From: a virus
Lineage: Duplodnaviria; Caudoviricetes
Reading direction: 5' to 3' (one strand)
DNA: 28,907 nucleotides
IMG/VR virus record: IMGVR_UViG_3300037524_000601
Span: 1 to 28,907 of that record
Position numbers and translations under genes: made by a program. The notes beneath the pieces were generated by a model. That model was not told where the DNA came from. It did no database searches and saw only the letters and a list, made by a program, of their open reading frames with translations. Shown here piece by piece: positions 1 through 7,822 of this stretch. Every line of letters starts with the position of its first letter. Positions within the stretch are counted from its first letter, which is position 1.

Positions 1-72
1 CATCCCGTACAGATGGTGGGGATAGAGTCGGTCTGTCTCGCGGGCGCGTGAAAATAAATCAGTAGACACCCC

Positions 73-101
73 TTGACATCCGTAGCGGTATGCCATAGAT
101 T
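73..101 (+). promoter_or_regulatory. Sigma70-type early promoter
   Basis: TTGACA (73-78), 17-nt spacer, TAGATT (96-101), upstream of the first gene of a long coupled operon. Direct repeat ATCCGTAGC at 78-86 and 102-110. Confidence 0.75.
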
Positions 102-113
102 ATCCGTAGCCAT

Positions 114-254
114 ATGGACACCAAAGACGCCGGGAAGCTCGGAGGTCAAGCGCGGGCGCGCAATCTGACGCCAGCGCAACGCCGCGAGGCCGCCCGCCGC
201 GCCTCCATTATTCGCTGGGCGCGGGTGCCGAAGCGGAAGCGGAAGGCCGCATGA
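114..254 (+). CDS. Small basic protein, KGG-like motif (46 aa), possible DNA-binding regulator
   Basis: Read manually (below the ORF-track cutoff): MDTKDAGKLGGQARARNLTPAQRREAARRASIIRWARVPKRKRKAA. G-x-x-GG-x-ARA-x-x-LTP...RW pattern; ATGA overlap with the next gene. Confidence 0.75.
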   Translation: MDTKDAGKLGGQARARNLTPAQRREAARRASIIRWARVPKRKRKAA

Positions 255-457
255 CCCCCGACCTGGCCTCGCAGCTTATCGCGGACTGCCGCGCGCTCAT
301 CGCCACCATGTATCCGGTCATCGACGCGCTCGCCATCGAACTCGCGGGCGGAGGCGGACATCAGGCACTCAACGCAAGGCTTCGCTCTGGACCTCTGGAG
401 GAAGCTGGGAATGAAGACCGAGGTGTTCTCGGCCGTCCGTCTTCGCCCGCGTTATAG
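251..457 (+). CDS. Hypothetical protein (68 aa)
   Basis: ATGA-coupled to the upstream gene; no recognisable motif. Confidence 0.5.
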   Translation: MTPDLASQLIADCRALIATMYPVIDALAIELAGGGGHQALNARLRSGPLEEAGNEDRGVLGRPSSPAL

Positions 458-460
458 ACG

Positions 461-485
461 AAAACGGCCCGGCGGCAACCGGGCC
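461..485 (-). terminator. Hairpin, possible minus-strand intrinsic terminator
   Basis: GGCCCGG-cggcaa-CCGGGCC (466-485) preceded by AAAA (461-464), giving a short U-tract on the minus strand. Confidence 0.4.
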
Positions 486-511
486 AGTCAGGCACAGGAA
501 AGGAACCCGAT

Positions 512-1267
512 ATGCCCGACGCCGTGATTATCGCACACAGCGACCAGCTCGACCAACTCGGCACCGCGCTCGCCAAGGCGCAGGCCGAGATCGTCGGCGC
601 CAAGAAGGACAGCGCCAACCCGTTCTTCAAGTCCGACTACGCCGACTTGGCGTCCGTCTGGACGGCGTGCCGCAAGCCGCTGACGGCCAATGGGCTGTCG
701 GTGGTGCAGATGCCGATCATGGAGGCGGGGGCGGTGGCGGTGGCCACGCTGCTCCTACACGCCAGCGGCCAGTGGGTGCGCTCGACGCTCCATGCCAACC
801 CGAAGGATTTGGGGCCCCAGGCCGTGGGCAGCGTCATCACCTACCTTCGACGCTACGCGCTCGCGGCGATGGCTGGCGTGCCGCAGATTGACGACGACGG
901 CAACGCGGGCGAGGGCCGGAACGGGGCGCACACGGCCACGCGCCCGACCACGCCTGCCCACCAGCCACCGTCCCGCGAAGCCGGCGACGAACCCGACGAC
1001 CCCTTCGGCAACCTGGACGACGAGGACCGGCAGGCGACGGCGCTGGCCGACCGGCAGGCGAAGCCGGCGGCGCCCGCGTCCTGGCCGCGCATCAGCGAGC
1101 CGCAGCAGAAGCGGCTGTTCGCCCTGTCGATGAAGGCGGGCTGGACCAAGGACAGCCTGCGCGAGTTCCTCGCCTCGCGGGGCTACGAGCACAGCAAGGA
1201 CATCGCCCGCGCCCACTACGACGACCTCTGCACCGCGCTCGAAGCGGGGCCACAGGGGGCCGTATGA
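512..1267 (+). CDS. erf: ERF-family single-strand annealing protein (phage recombinase)
   Basis: ALAKAQ...K..NPFFKSDYADL, LLLHASGQW, GSVITYLRRYALAAMAGV..DDDGN are ERF hallmarks; extra C-terminal helical domain; SD AGGA upstream. Confidence 0.95.
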   Translation: MPDAVIIAHSDQLDQLGTALAKAQAEIVGAKKDSANPFFKSDYADLASVWTACRKPLTANGLSVVQMPIMEAGAVAVATLLLHASGQWVRSTLHANPKDLGPQAVGSVITYLRRYALAAMAGVPQIDDDGNAGEGRNGAHTATRPTTPAHQPPSREAGDEPDDPFGNLDDEDRQATALADRQAKPAAPASWPRISEPQQKRLFALSMKAGWTKDSLREFLASRGYEHSKDIARAHYDDLCTALEAGPQGAV

Positions 1268-1491
1268 CGCGCCACGACGCCTACCGCATGATGCAGACGA
1301 TCAACCGGCAGGATTTCGAGATGGGCTGGACGGATCGCGGCACCTACCAGCGCACCGAGCTCGCGCTCGCCGTGGATTGGGACGGCGAGGCCGAGCGGCG
1401 ACTGGCCCAGGCTAAGGCGATCCGCGCGGAACGCCTCGCGGCCAAGCGGGAGGATCAGGACCAGCTCATGGACGCGGAGGTGTGGGCATGA
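1264..1491 (+). CDS. Hypothetical protein (75 aa)
   Basis: ATGA coupling at both ends; GC3-rich codons. Confidence 0.7.
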   Translation: MTRHDAYRMMQTINRQDFEMGWTDRGTYQRTELALAVDWDGEAERRLAQAKAIRAERLAAKREDQDQLMDAEVWA

Positions 1492-1718
1492 GCCTCCTGA
1501 GCCGCCTGCTCGCCTGGCTGGTCCCCGACCCGATCGCGGTGCGCGAGCCGCGGCGCCGCCTGCGCGCCACCTGTGAATACTGCGGCAAGGAGATCGCCGT
1601 CGTCGCCTCGACCGGCCACCTCTGGAAGCACACCTGCGTGACCCCCGACTACGGCCCCGCCCCAGGGCCGATGGACCCGCACGACCGGATCGACGAACTG
1701 GAGCGAACCGATGACTGA
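1488..1718 (+). CDS. Small putative zinc-binding protein
   Basis: ATG at 1488 overlapping the previous stop, SD GGAGG; CEYC...HLWKHTC. Confidence 0.65.
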   Translation: MSLLSRLLAWLVPDPIAVREPRRRLRATCEYCGKEIAVVASTGHLWKHTCVTPDYGPAPGPMDPHDRIDELERTDD

Positions 1719-1965
1719 CCCGCTGCGCGGCGTGGCCGACGCGACGATCGTGTGGGCGGGCGTCTGGTGCCTCATCGGCTGGTGCGCGGGGCTCGCTCTC
1801 GGCCTCTCGTTGCGGTGGCGGGACGGCAGCCGGGCCGAGATCCGCCGGCTGCGGATGGCGCTGGAGGACAGCGACCGGCAACTGACGCAGCAGTTCGCCA
1901 CGGCCGACCGCATGGCGACGATGCTGGCCGAGCAGGCGGGACGGCCCGGAGGGAGGGCGGCGTGA
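1711..1965 (+). CDS. Small membrane protein with coiled-coil tail
   Basis: Hydrophobic segment IVWAGVWCLIGWCAGLALGLSL followed by a helical C-terminus; SD GGAG. Confidence 0.65.
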   Translation: MTDPLRGVADATIVWAGVWCLIGWCAGLALGLSLRWRDGSRAEIRRLRMALEDSDRQLTQQFATADRMATMLAEQAGRPGGRAA

Positions 1966-2258
1966 ATCAGGCGACGCTCTTCGATCGGGTGAACCCGGAG
2001 CCGTGCCGCGAGCCCGGCACGCCCTACGCCGCGCACCAGGCCGAGCTCGCCTCGGAAGCGCAGCGGCTCGAGAGCGCGAAGGCGCGCATCCTCGCGCGGC
2101 TCCAAGCGGGCCCGGCGACGAATCACGAACTCAACGGCATCGCCTTTCGCTACGGCGCGCGCCTACTGGAACTGCGCCGGGAGGGCCACGCCATCACCAG
2201 CGAGCAGGTCGGCGGCGGCGTCTGGGTCTACGCGCTGGCCGCAAAGGAGACGCGATGA
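1962..2258 (+). CDS. Winged helix-turn-helix protein
   Basis: GTG start coupled to the previous stop; RILARL..GPATNHEL....RYGARLLELRREGHAI...VWVY fits small phage wHTH proteins. Confidence 0.75.
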   Translation: MNQATLFDRVNPEPCREPGTPYAAHQAELASEAQRLESAKARILARLQAGPATNHELNGIAFRYGARLLELRREGHAITSEQVGGGVWVYALAAKETR

Positions 2259-2362
2259 CCTTCCTTTTCGGATTCCTCGTGGGCCTCGTGGTCGGCGTGC
2301 CGGCGGGCCTCTGGGCGATGGCGATGGCGATGATGGCGCGCAGAAGCGAGGCGGGCGTATGA
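2255..2362 (+). CDS. Tiny membrane protein (35 aa)
   Basis: MTFLFGFLVGLVVGVPAGLWAMAMAMMARRSEAGV; SD AAGGAG; ATGA coupling. Confidence 0.65.
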   Translation: MTFLFGFLVGLVVGVPAGLWAMAMAMMARRSEAGV

Positions 2363-3102
2363 CCCATTGGTCTGACGCGCTAGTGCGGCTGGGGGCGTGC
2401 GGGGACGCGGTGGCGTGGGCGCGGACGCAGCCGGACTTAGCGACGGCGTGGGCGGCGTGCGAGCGCGGCGAATGGCTGCTGTGGCTGGTGGGGAGCAAGC
2501 CTGGGCCTACCGGCGGGGATCTGCATCGGCGGTTGGTGCTGGTGGCGTGCGGGTGTGCGCGGTTGGCGCTCCCGGCGTGGCAAGCGCGGTATCCCGATGA
2601 CGGCAGGCCCGAGGCGGCGATCCTCGCGGCGGAGGCGTGGGCGCTTGATCCGACCGAGGCGGCCAATCGAGCCGCCTGCGCCGCGAGTGACGCCGCGTGG
2701 GCCGCGAGTGACGCCGCGTGGGCCGCGTGGGCCGCCGCGAGTGACGCCGCGTGGGCCGCCGCGAGGTACGCCGCGAGGGACGCGAGTTACGCCGCGAGTT
2801 ACGCCGCGAGGGCCGCCGCGAGGGCCGCCGCGTGGGCCGCGAGTGACGCCGCGAGGGCCGCCGCGAGGGCCGCCGCGAGGGCCGCCGCGAGGGCCGCCGC
2901 GAGGGCCGCGAGTGACGCCGCGTGGGCCGCGTGGGACGCCGCGTGGGCCGCGAGTGCCGCCGCGAGTGACGCCGCGTGGGCCGCGAGTGCCGCCGCGCGT
3001 GCCGCGAGGGACGCGAGTTACGCCGCGAGTGACGTGACGCGCCGCCAGTGCGCGGACATCGTGCGGTCCATCATTGACTGTCCGAGTCTGGAGGGCGTAT
3101 GA
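2359..3102 (+). CDS. Ala-rich repeat protein with Imm5-like helical N-terminal part
   Basis: LGAC..AV.W...WLLWL and ACGCARLALPAW..YPDDGRPEAAI.AA, then a long AAW/AAR/ASDA repeat tract and a Q.ADIVR end, a layout common in phage accessory proteins. Confidence 0.75.
   Translation: MTHWSDALVRLGACGDAVAWARTQPDLATAWAACERGEWLLWLVGSKPGPTGGDLHRRLVLVACGCARLALPAWQARYPDDGRPEAAILAAEAWALDPTEAANRAACAASDAAWAASDAAWAAWAAASDAAWAAARYAARDASYAASYAARAAARAAAWAASDAARAAARAAARAAARAAARAASDAAWAAWDAAWAASAAASDAAWAASAAARAARDASYAASDVTRRQCADIVRSIIDCPSLEGV
2680..3033 (+). repeat. Coding tandem repeat of 9/12/21-nt units
   Basis: Units such as GCCGCGAGTGACGCCGCGTGG and GCCGCGAGGGCC; general form GCCGCG-WGK-KMC. Confidence 0.95.
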
Positions 3103-3839
3103 GCCAGACTGCGTCGGTTTGCCCGCACTGTGGGTTGGTCGGGGCGCACCTGCTGTCCTGCGAGTATGCGCGGCGCGTGACGCCGCCCGACGCCCCTGAC
3201 GCGCTGCGCCGAGCGGTGAATGCGTGCTGCACCTGTGGGGGCATGGGGCCGGATGATCCCGGCGTGTGTCCCGCGTGCCGGGTGTGGCATCTGCTCGCTC
3301 AGGGACGCGAGGCGTCTGCGCCGGACGAACTATTCGGAGTTTCCGAACAGTTGGCGGCGGCGCTGGCGTGGGCCGACGGAGTGTCTGATGGCGTGACTGA
3401 CGTGCGGGAGAACCCTTGCGGGGCCAGCGATACCATCGTCACCCTCGCGGCTGCGGTGCGCGAATTACAGTCCAAGGTCAAGTATTTGGACTATCACCAG
3501 CGGTTGTCGCTAGAAAACTCGCTGGAACAGGAAGACCGAGCGGCCAAGGCCGAGGCCGCGCTCGCGGAGGCGAACTCCGACTGCTCTAGGTTCTGCGGAG
3601 ACAACGAGCGGTTGTTGAAGGCGCTGAACGCCGAAACCGTAGAGGGCGCCCTACACCATATTGCCGCGCTTCAGCAAACGCTGAAGGCGCGTGAGGCCGC
3701 GCTCGCGGAGCTGCGGGGGCATAACCTCGCGCTGCGTCTCGCCATCGTCACCGCGCTCGACAGCCCCGCGATGATGGGATCAGAGGACATCGACGTTCTC
3801 ACGGCGGCACTAGAGGCCGCGAAGGAGCCTACGCTATGA
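3099..3839 (+). CDS. Modular Cys-rich / coiled-coil accessory protein (Ead/Ea22-like architecture)
   Basis: CPHC..H..C and CCTC..CPAC motifs followed by coiled coil; shares nucleotide blocks with 4241-4588. Confidence 0.7.
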   Translation: MSQTASVCPHCGLVGAHLLSCEYARRVTPPDAPDALRRAVNACCTCGGMGPDDPGVCPACRVWHLLAQGREASAPDELFGVSEQLAAALAWADGVSDGVTDVRENPCGASDTIVTLAAAVRELQSKVKYLDYHQRLSLENSLEQEDRAAKAEAALAEANSDCSRFCGDNERLLKALNAETVEGALHHIAALQQTLKAREAALAELRGHNLALRLAIVTALDSPAMMGSEDIDVLTAALEAAKEPTL

Positions 3840-4012
3840 GCCTGCAGAGCCAGATGGAACGCGAAGAAGACGACATCGACCGGCGCGAAGCCGAAGGCGT
3901 GATCACGCGAAAGCAAGCCGACCAAGAGCGTCGGGAACTTCACCGCGACTATCGCGGAGCCGCCGAAGAAGCAGCCGAGCAAGCCTACCACGATGAACTG
4001 GAGCGTTGGTGA
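3836..4012 (+). CDS. Small acidic hypothetical protein (58 aa)
   Basis: Read manually: MSLQSQMEREEDDIDRREAEGVITRKQADQERRELHRDYRGAAEEAAEQAYHDELERW; SD AAGGAG; coupled on both sides. Confidence 0.7.
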   Translation: MSLQSQMEREEDDIDRREAEGVITRKQADQERRELHRDYRGAAEEAAEQAYHDELERW

Positions 4013-4248
4013 TGACCGACACCCCTTCCCTCCCCGCGCTGCGCGTGTCGGTGGACACTTCGTACACCGACGATCCGATCTGCCCTTACTGTGGCAAGGC
4101 CCAACGCGATGCGTGGGAGATCGATCTTGGACCCGGTTATGAGGGCGACGGCGAGATGGCGTGCGGATGGTGCGAGCGCGAGTTCTATATCTCTCGGCAC
4201 GTCGCCATCAGTTACACCACGAAGCCGAAGGAGCAACCCAATGGCTGA
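4012..4248 (+). CDS. Zinc-ribbon protein
   Basis: ATG at 4012 (TGATG overlap); CPYCG...CGWCEREF. Confidence 0.75.
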   Translation: MTDTPSLPALRVSVDTSYTDDPICPYCGKAQRDAWEIDLGPGYEGDGEMACGWCEREFYISRHVAISYTTKPKEQPNG

Positions 4249-4588
4249 CATTTCCCTCCCCGCGCTGGCGGCGGCGCTGGCGTGGGTAGACCACTACACC
4301 GGGCAGAGAGATCCCCGCTACTTCCATATCTGCACCCTCGCCGCTGCGGTGCGGGAATTGCGCGGAGAGAACCTGCGGTTGACACACGAATCGAACGGCC
4401 GACAGTTCCGGCTGCAACAGGCCGAGGCCGCGCTCGCGGAGGTGCGGGGGCGGGTGTGCCGACGCTGTGACAAGTGGGACGAGTGCGGTGACGGCGACGG
4501 GCAGGGCTACTGCGCCTATTTTGGCGCCCACGTGCGCGAGGACTTCGCTTGCGCGGCGTGGTCGCATACGGAGGGGCAACATGACTGA
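4241..4588 (+). CDS. Modular coiled-coil / Cys-rich accessory protein
   Basis: ATG at 4241 with SD AAGGAG; C-terminal CRRC...C...FAC..W. Confidence 0.7.
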   Translation: MADISLPALAAALAWVDHYTGQRDPRYFHICTLAAAVRELRGENLRLTHESNGRQFRLQQAEAALAEVRGRVCRRCDKWDECGDGDGQGYCAYFGAHVREDFACAAWSHTEGQHD

Positions 4589-4859
4589 CAACCTCCCCGT
4601 GCTGCGCGAGGCGCTTCCCTATGTGGGCTTCTCGAAGCTGCGCCCTGGCCGCATCCATATCTACTGCCCCGGCTGCGGGCGCAAGGCGTCGAACGGGTAT
4701 CGTGACGACGGAGACGAGTTCCGGCCAGCCGACCCGCCCAATGCCGTGCTTGCTCACATCTACTGCGAGCGGTGTAGCTCGGGCTGCAAGGACGCCCCGG
4801 TGACGTTCTGGGATGCGTTCGGCAAGCGGATACACGAAGCATGGGAGGACGGCCAATGA
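4581..4859 (+). CDS. Putative zinc-binding protein
   Basis: ATG at 4581 with SD GGAGG; CPGCG...CERC. Confidence 0.7.
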   Translation: MTDNLPVLREALPYVGFSKLRPGRIHIYCPGCGRKASNGYRDDGDEFRPADPPNAVLAHIYCERCSSGCKDAPVTFWDAFGKRIHEAWEDGQ

Positions 4860-4906
4860 CCGATACCCCTTCCCTCCCCTTGTTGCGCGAGGCGGTGAAG
4901 CTATGA
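4856..4906 (+). CDS. 16-aa minigene consisting only of the shared N-terminal leader
   Basis: MTDTPSLPLLREAVKL*; SD GGAGG; ATGA-coupled at both ends; 30/34 nt identical to the start of the 4012 gene. Confidence 0.5.
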   Translation: MTDTPSLPLLREAVKL

Positions 4907-5217
4907 GCAACGAAACACAGCGTGAGATGACCCTGCGAGAGTGGGTTGATCGTCTCGGGCCACAGCATTTTGCACATCGAGAATACACCGCCCTGCTGGA
5001 CGAGGTGGAGTCCGAGCGCATCGAGAACGCCCATCTGCGGGAGGCGTTCGTCACGATGGAGAAGGCGTACAACCTGGCCGCGCTGGACCTCGCCGCTGCC
5101 CGTGCGGTGCTGGACGGGGCGGAAGATGTGCAAGGCATGATCGGAATGCCTGGGCGTGTGGTCGTTGACTTAGACCGCGCCGCCTTGGAGGCGTGGCAAG
5201 AGAGGGAGAGGCGATGA
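4903..5217 (+). CDS. Hypothetical coiled-coil protein
   Basis: ATG at 4903; ALLDEVESERIENAHLRE coiled-coil motif. Confidence 0.65.
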   Translation: MSNETQREMTLREWVDRLGPQHFAHREYTALLDEVESERIENAHLREAFVTMEKAYNLAALDLAAARAVLDGAEDVQGMIGMPGRVVVDLDRAALEAWQERERR

Positions 5218-5399
5218 TCAGGACGATCTACGCCGGCCGCGAGAAGCTCGTCGTCCCGGACGGGTGGACGTTCTTCGTCTGGCACCATCGCCGGTATCGC
5301 GTCGTGGGGCCGACCGTGGAGTACTGGTCGTCCGCGCGCGTGGCCTGGGTGCCGTCCCTCCTGCTCACGGTCAGCGCCCCGCGCGGGAGGATGGCATGA
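5214..5399 (+). CDS. Hypothetical protein (61 aa)
   Basis: ATGA coupling at both ends; purine-rich SD. Confidence 0.6.
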   Translation: MIRTIYAGREKLVVPDGWTFFVWHHRRYRVVGPTVEYWSSARVAWVPSLLLTVSAPRGRMA

Positions 5400-5605
5400 G
5401 CCTTCGCTGCTGGCTGTTCGAGCACGACTTCATCCGGCAGTACGAACCGGGACGCCTGGCGCTGCGCTGCCAGGTCTGTGGCTACGTCTCACCGGGCCTA
5501 CGCGGGCCGATCGCGCCGGCCGTCGAGCCAGTGGTCAAGGCGCGGAAGCTGCGCCCGAAGACGCCCCCAGCGCTCAAGGTGGTCAGGACACGGAGGACGG
5601 CGTAA
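5396..5605 (+). CDS. Small putative zinc-binding protein
   Basis: MSLRCWLFEHDF...LRCQVCG..SPG (C-x4-H...C-x2-C); TAATG overlap with the replication gene. Confidence 0.7.
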   Translation: MSLRCWLFEHDFIRQYEPGRLALRCQVCGYVSPGLRGPIAPAVEPVVKARKLRPKTPPALKVVRTRRTA

Positions 5606-6456
5606 TGGCGCGCATTCGGACCATCAAGCCCGAGATGTTCGACGACCCTGATCTGGGCGCCCTATCGCCACTGGCGCGCTGGCTGTTCGTTGGCCTACTC
5701 ACCCAAGCCGACAAGCGTGGGCGGCTGGCTGATGAACCGGAACGCCTGAAGCTACGGCTGCTCGGCTTCGATCGGAAGGCGGATGTCGTCGCGATCCTGA
5801 CGGAGCTGCACCACGCGAATCTCGTCATCCGCTACCGAGTAGAAGGAAAAGCGTATCTCTGGGTGCGCACTTTTGAGAAACACCAGCACAGCCACCCCAA
5901 AGAACCAGAATCGAAGATTCCGGCCTATTTTGACAGTACCCAGAAAAAACACGGCGAGCCGGAAATTGCCGGTACGTGCCGGGTGGACTCTGGAGTACTT
6001 GACTCTGGAGTACTGGACTCTGGAGAGGGGGAAGGGGCGCATGACGCCGCGCCCCTGGCACCTGCGGTGCCGGCCCCACGGCCTGGACAATTACAGGGTC
6101 TCTGGAACACCGGCACGACGCCTCCGATCCCACGCTGCCTCGACATGAGCGATTCGCGCTTGGCGAAAAGCCGATTGCGCTTACGCGAACATCCCTTCGA
6201 TTGGTGGCGAGACGTCATCGCCCGCATCGAATCGTCGGCGTTCTGCCGCGGACAGAACGACCGCGGATGGGTGGCGACGTTCGACTGGCTGATTGCGAAC
6301 GACGCCAATGCGCTGAAAGTGGCGGAGGGCAAGTACGACGATCGGCGGCCCCGCGCGGTCACGGCCGAACCCGCCTCCACATTCACCGTCGAGGAAGGCT
6401 GGGCGGCCGTGGAACGCCAGCGCGCCGAACGCGCCGCGGTGCGGGGGCGACGATGA
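5605..6456 (+). CDS. Phage replication initiator (replisome organiser-like)
   Basis: MARIRTIKPEMFDD..L..LS..ARWLF.GL...AD..GR N-terminus; C-terminal FCRGQNDRGWVATFDWLI....KV.EGKY; repeats in the interdomain linker. Confidence 0.85.
   Translation: MARIRTIKPEMFDDPDLGALSPLARWLFVGLLTQADKRGRLADEPERLKLRLLGFDRKADVVAILTELHHANLVIRYRVEGKAYLWVRTFEKHQHSHPKEPESKIPAYFDSTQKKHGEPEIAGTCRVDSGVLDSGVLDSGEGEGAHDAAPLAPAVPAPRPGQLQGLWNTGTTPPIPRCLDMSDSRLAKSRLRLREHPFDWWRDVIARIESSAFCRGQNDRGWVATFDWLIANDANALKVAEGKYDDRRPRAVTAEPASTFTVEEGWAAVERQRAERAAVRGRR
5986..6025 (+). repeat. 15-bp tandem repeats inside the initiator gene; candidate iterons/origin
   Basis: GACTCTGGAGTACTT / GACTCTGGAGTACTG / GACTCTGGAG, next to an A-rich stretch at about 5840-5965. 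Confidence 0.7.
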
Positions 6457-6935
6457 CGCAGGCGGACTTCGCCACGTTCAAGACGGCGCTCGATCGCACG
6501 GCGATGGCCTACAGCAAGGCGCTGCCGACCGACCTGGCGGCGACCTACTTCGGCGACCTGGACACCTACCCGCTCCAGGCCGTCCTCGCGGCCATCGAGA
6601 AGGCGCGGCGCGAGGGGAAGTTCTTCCCGCGCGTGGCGACGTTGCGCGAACTCTGCGCCACCCACAGCCAGGTGCTCGTCACGACCGACGTGCCAGCGTT
6701 CGTGAACCACGACCAGGGCGTCTACTTCTGCCAGGACTGCGCGGATACCGGCTTTGTGCGCGGCCTGCTCTGTGACGGCGACGGCCGCTGCCACATCGGC
6801 GGCTGTGGAAAGGCTGGGCACACGGTCTACGCGCACGTGTTCACGCGCTTCTGCTCCTGCCGAGGCACGAACCCCGTGCTGCTCCGGCAGAGTGAACTGA
6901 TCGCGCAACGCACCGCGAAGGTGGACGCCTCATGA
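6453..6935 (+). CDS. Putative helicase loader/inhibitor (G39P-like N-terminus) with C-terminal zinc finger
   Basis: ATG at 6453 coupled to the initiator; L.TYP...V.AA......KFFP...LRE, then CQDCADTG...CSC. Confidence 0.6.
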   Translation: MTQADFATFKTALDRTAMAYSKALPTDLAATYFGDLDTYPLQAVLAAIEKARREGKFFPRVATLRELCATHSQVLVTTDVPAFVNHDQGVYFCQDCADTGFVRGLLCDGDGRCHIGGCGKAGHTVYAHVFTRFCSCRGTNPVLLRQSELIAQRTAKVDAS

Positions 6936-7318
6936 GGCGCCAGCCCGAGCGCGCCATCCAGGCCCATGTCGTCAGGCTGCTGCGCCACGTCGGAGCCGAC
7001 GTCTACGTGCTCGGCACCACGCGCCGCCGCGGCGACTATCACGGCACGATGCAGACGCCTGGCCTGCCCGACCTCATCGCCTTCCTGCCGCGCGCCCTGG
7101 GCGTCCTGTTCGTCGAGGTGAAGGCCCCCGGCGGCACGCTGCGTCCCGAGCAGGCGGCGTTCCGCGCGTCCTGCATGGCCCTGGTGTCGTCCCAGGTCTA
7201 CCACGTCACCGGCGGCCTCGATGCCGTGATGCTGCGGCTCATGCAGCTCGGGCTGCTCAAGGCCGACCAGGTGGCGCACTACCACACGACGCTCGCGGGC
7301 GTTCAGGTGCGCACATGA
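6932..7318 (+). CDS. VRR-NUC / PD-(D/E)xK nuclease (Holliday junction resolvase-like)
   Basis: E..IQ..V, PGLPDL, FVEVKAPGGTLRPEQ..F. Confidence 0.9.
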   Translation: MRRQPERAIQAHVVRLLRHVGADVYVLGTTRRRGDYHGTMQTPGLPDLIAFLPRALGVLFVEVKAPGGTLRPEQAAFRASCMALVSSQVYHVTGGLDAVMLRLMQLGLLKADQVAHYHTTLAGVQVRT

Positions 7319-7596
7319 CGGGCCTCGTCAACTCCATCATTCACGCGGCGGTGCTGACGCCCGCAGGCCCCGTCGTGCAGACCTCGCTGTTCCCTGACGA
7401 TCCCCAGCGTCAGATCGCTGACTTGGAGGCGCGGCTGCGTGAGAGCGAGGCGGCCTACGACAAGGCGTGCGACGTGATTGACGCGCTCGAAGCGGCGCAC
7501 CGGAAACTGTTGCACGAAAACCGCACCCTACAGGTTGGACTGGAGGCCGCCCGCCGGGTGAGCGCCTACTGCGCGTGCGGCATCGTGCGGAGGTAG
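7315..7596 (+). CDS. Hypothetical coiled-coil protein
   Basis: ATGA coupling; heptad pattern IADLEARLRESE. Confidence 0.65.
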   Translation: MTGLVNSIIHAAVLTPAGPVVQTSLFPDDPQRQIADLEARLRESEAAYDKACDVIDALEAAHRKLLHENRTLQVGLEAARRVSAYCACGIVRR

Positions 7597-7599
7597 GCG

Positions 7600-7821
7600 A
7601 TGACGTGGGTGTGGCTCGCCCTGCTCGTTGTGACGAACCTGTGCTGGCTCCTGCTGCTGGCCGGCTGCGGGCACCGCTTGCGGGAGACGGCGCAACAGCA
7701 CCAGGCGCTCCAGCAGCAACTCGCGGATCTGCGGAGCCAATTGGCGATCGCAGGGCAGTCGGTCCACGCGCTCTACATCGCGCTCGCGTGCAGCGTGGGG
7801 CAGCGCGGAGAGGGGCACTAG
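7600..7821 (+). CDS. Small membrane protein with coiled coil
   Basis: N-terminal hydrophobic helix then Gln-rich heptads; SD GGAGG. Confidence 0.65.
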   Translation: MTWVWLALLVVTNLCWLLLLAGCGHRLRETAQQHQALQQQLADLRSQLAIAGQSVHALYIALACSVGQRGEGH

Positions 7822-7822
7822 C

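Noticed and set aside
2680-3033. Possible CRISPR array
   Set aside because: Short in-frame coding units with no unique spacers, and no cas genes in the window.
2555-3037. Alternative-frame PRG/PRV repeat protein
   Set aside because: By-product of the tandem repeat; the 2359-3102 frame has coupling at both ends and a recognisable N-terminus.
7600-7821. Holin or spanin call for the small membrane proteins
   Set aside because: No endolysin nearby. The LLAGC lipobox-like string is suggestive but not enough for a call.
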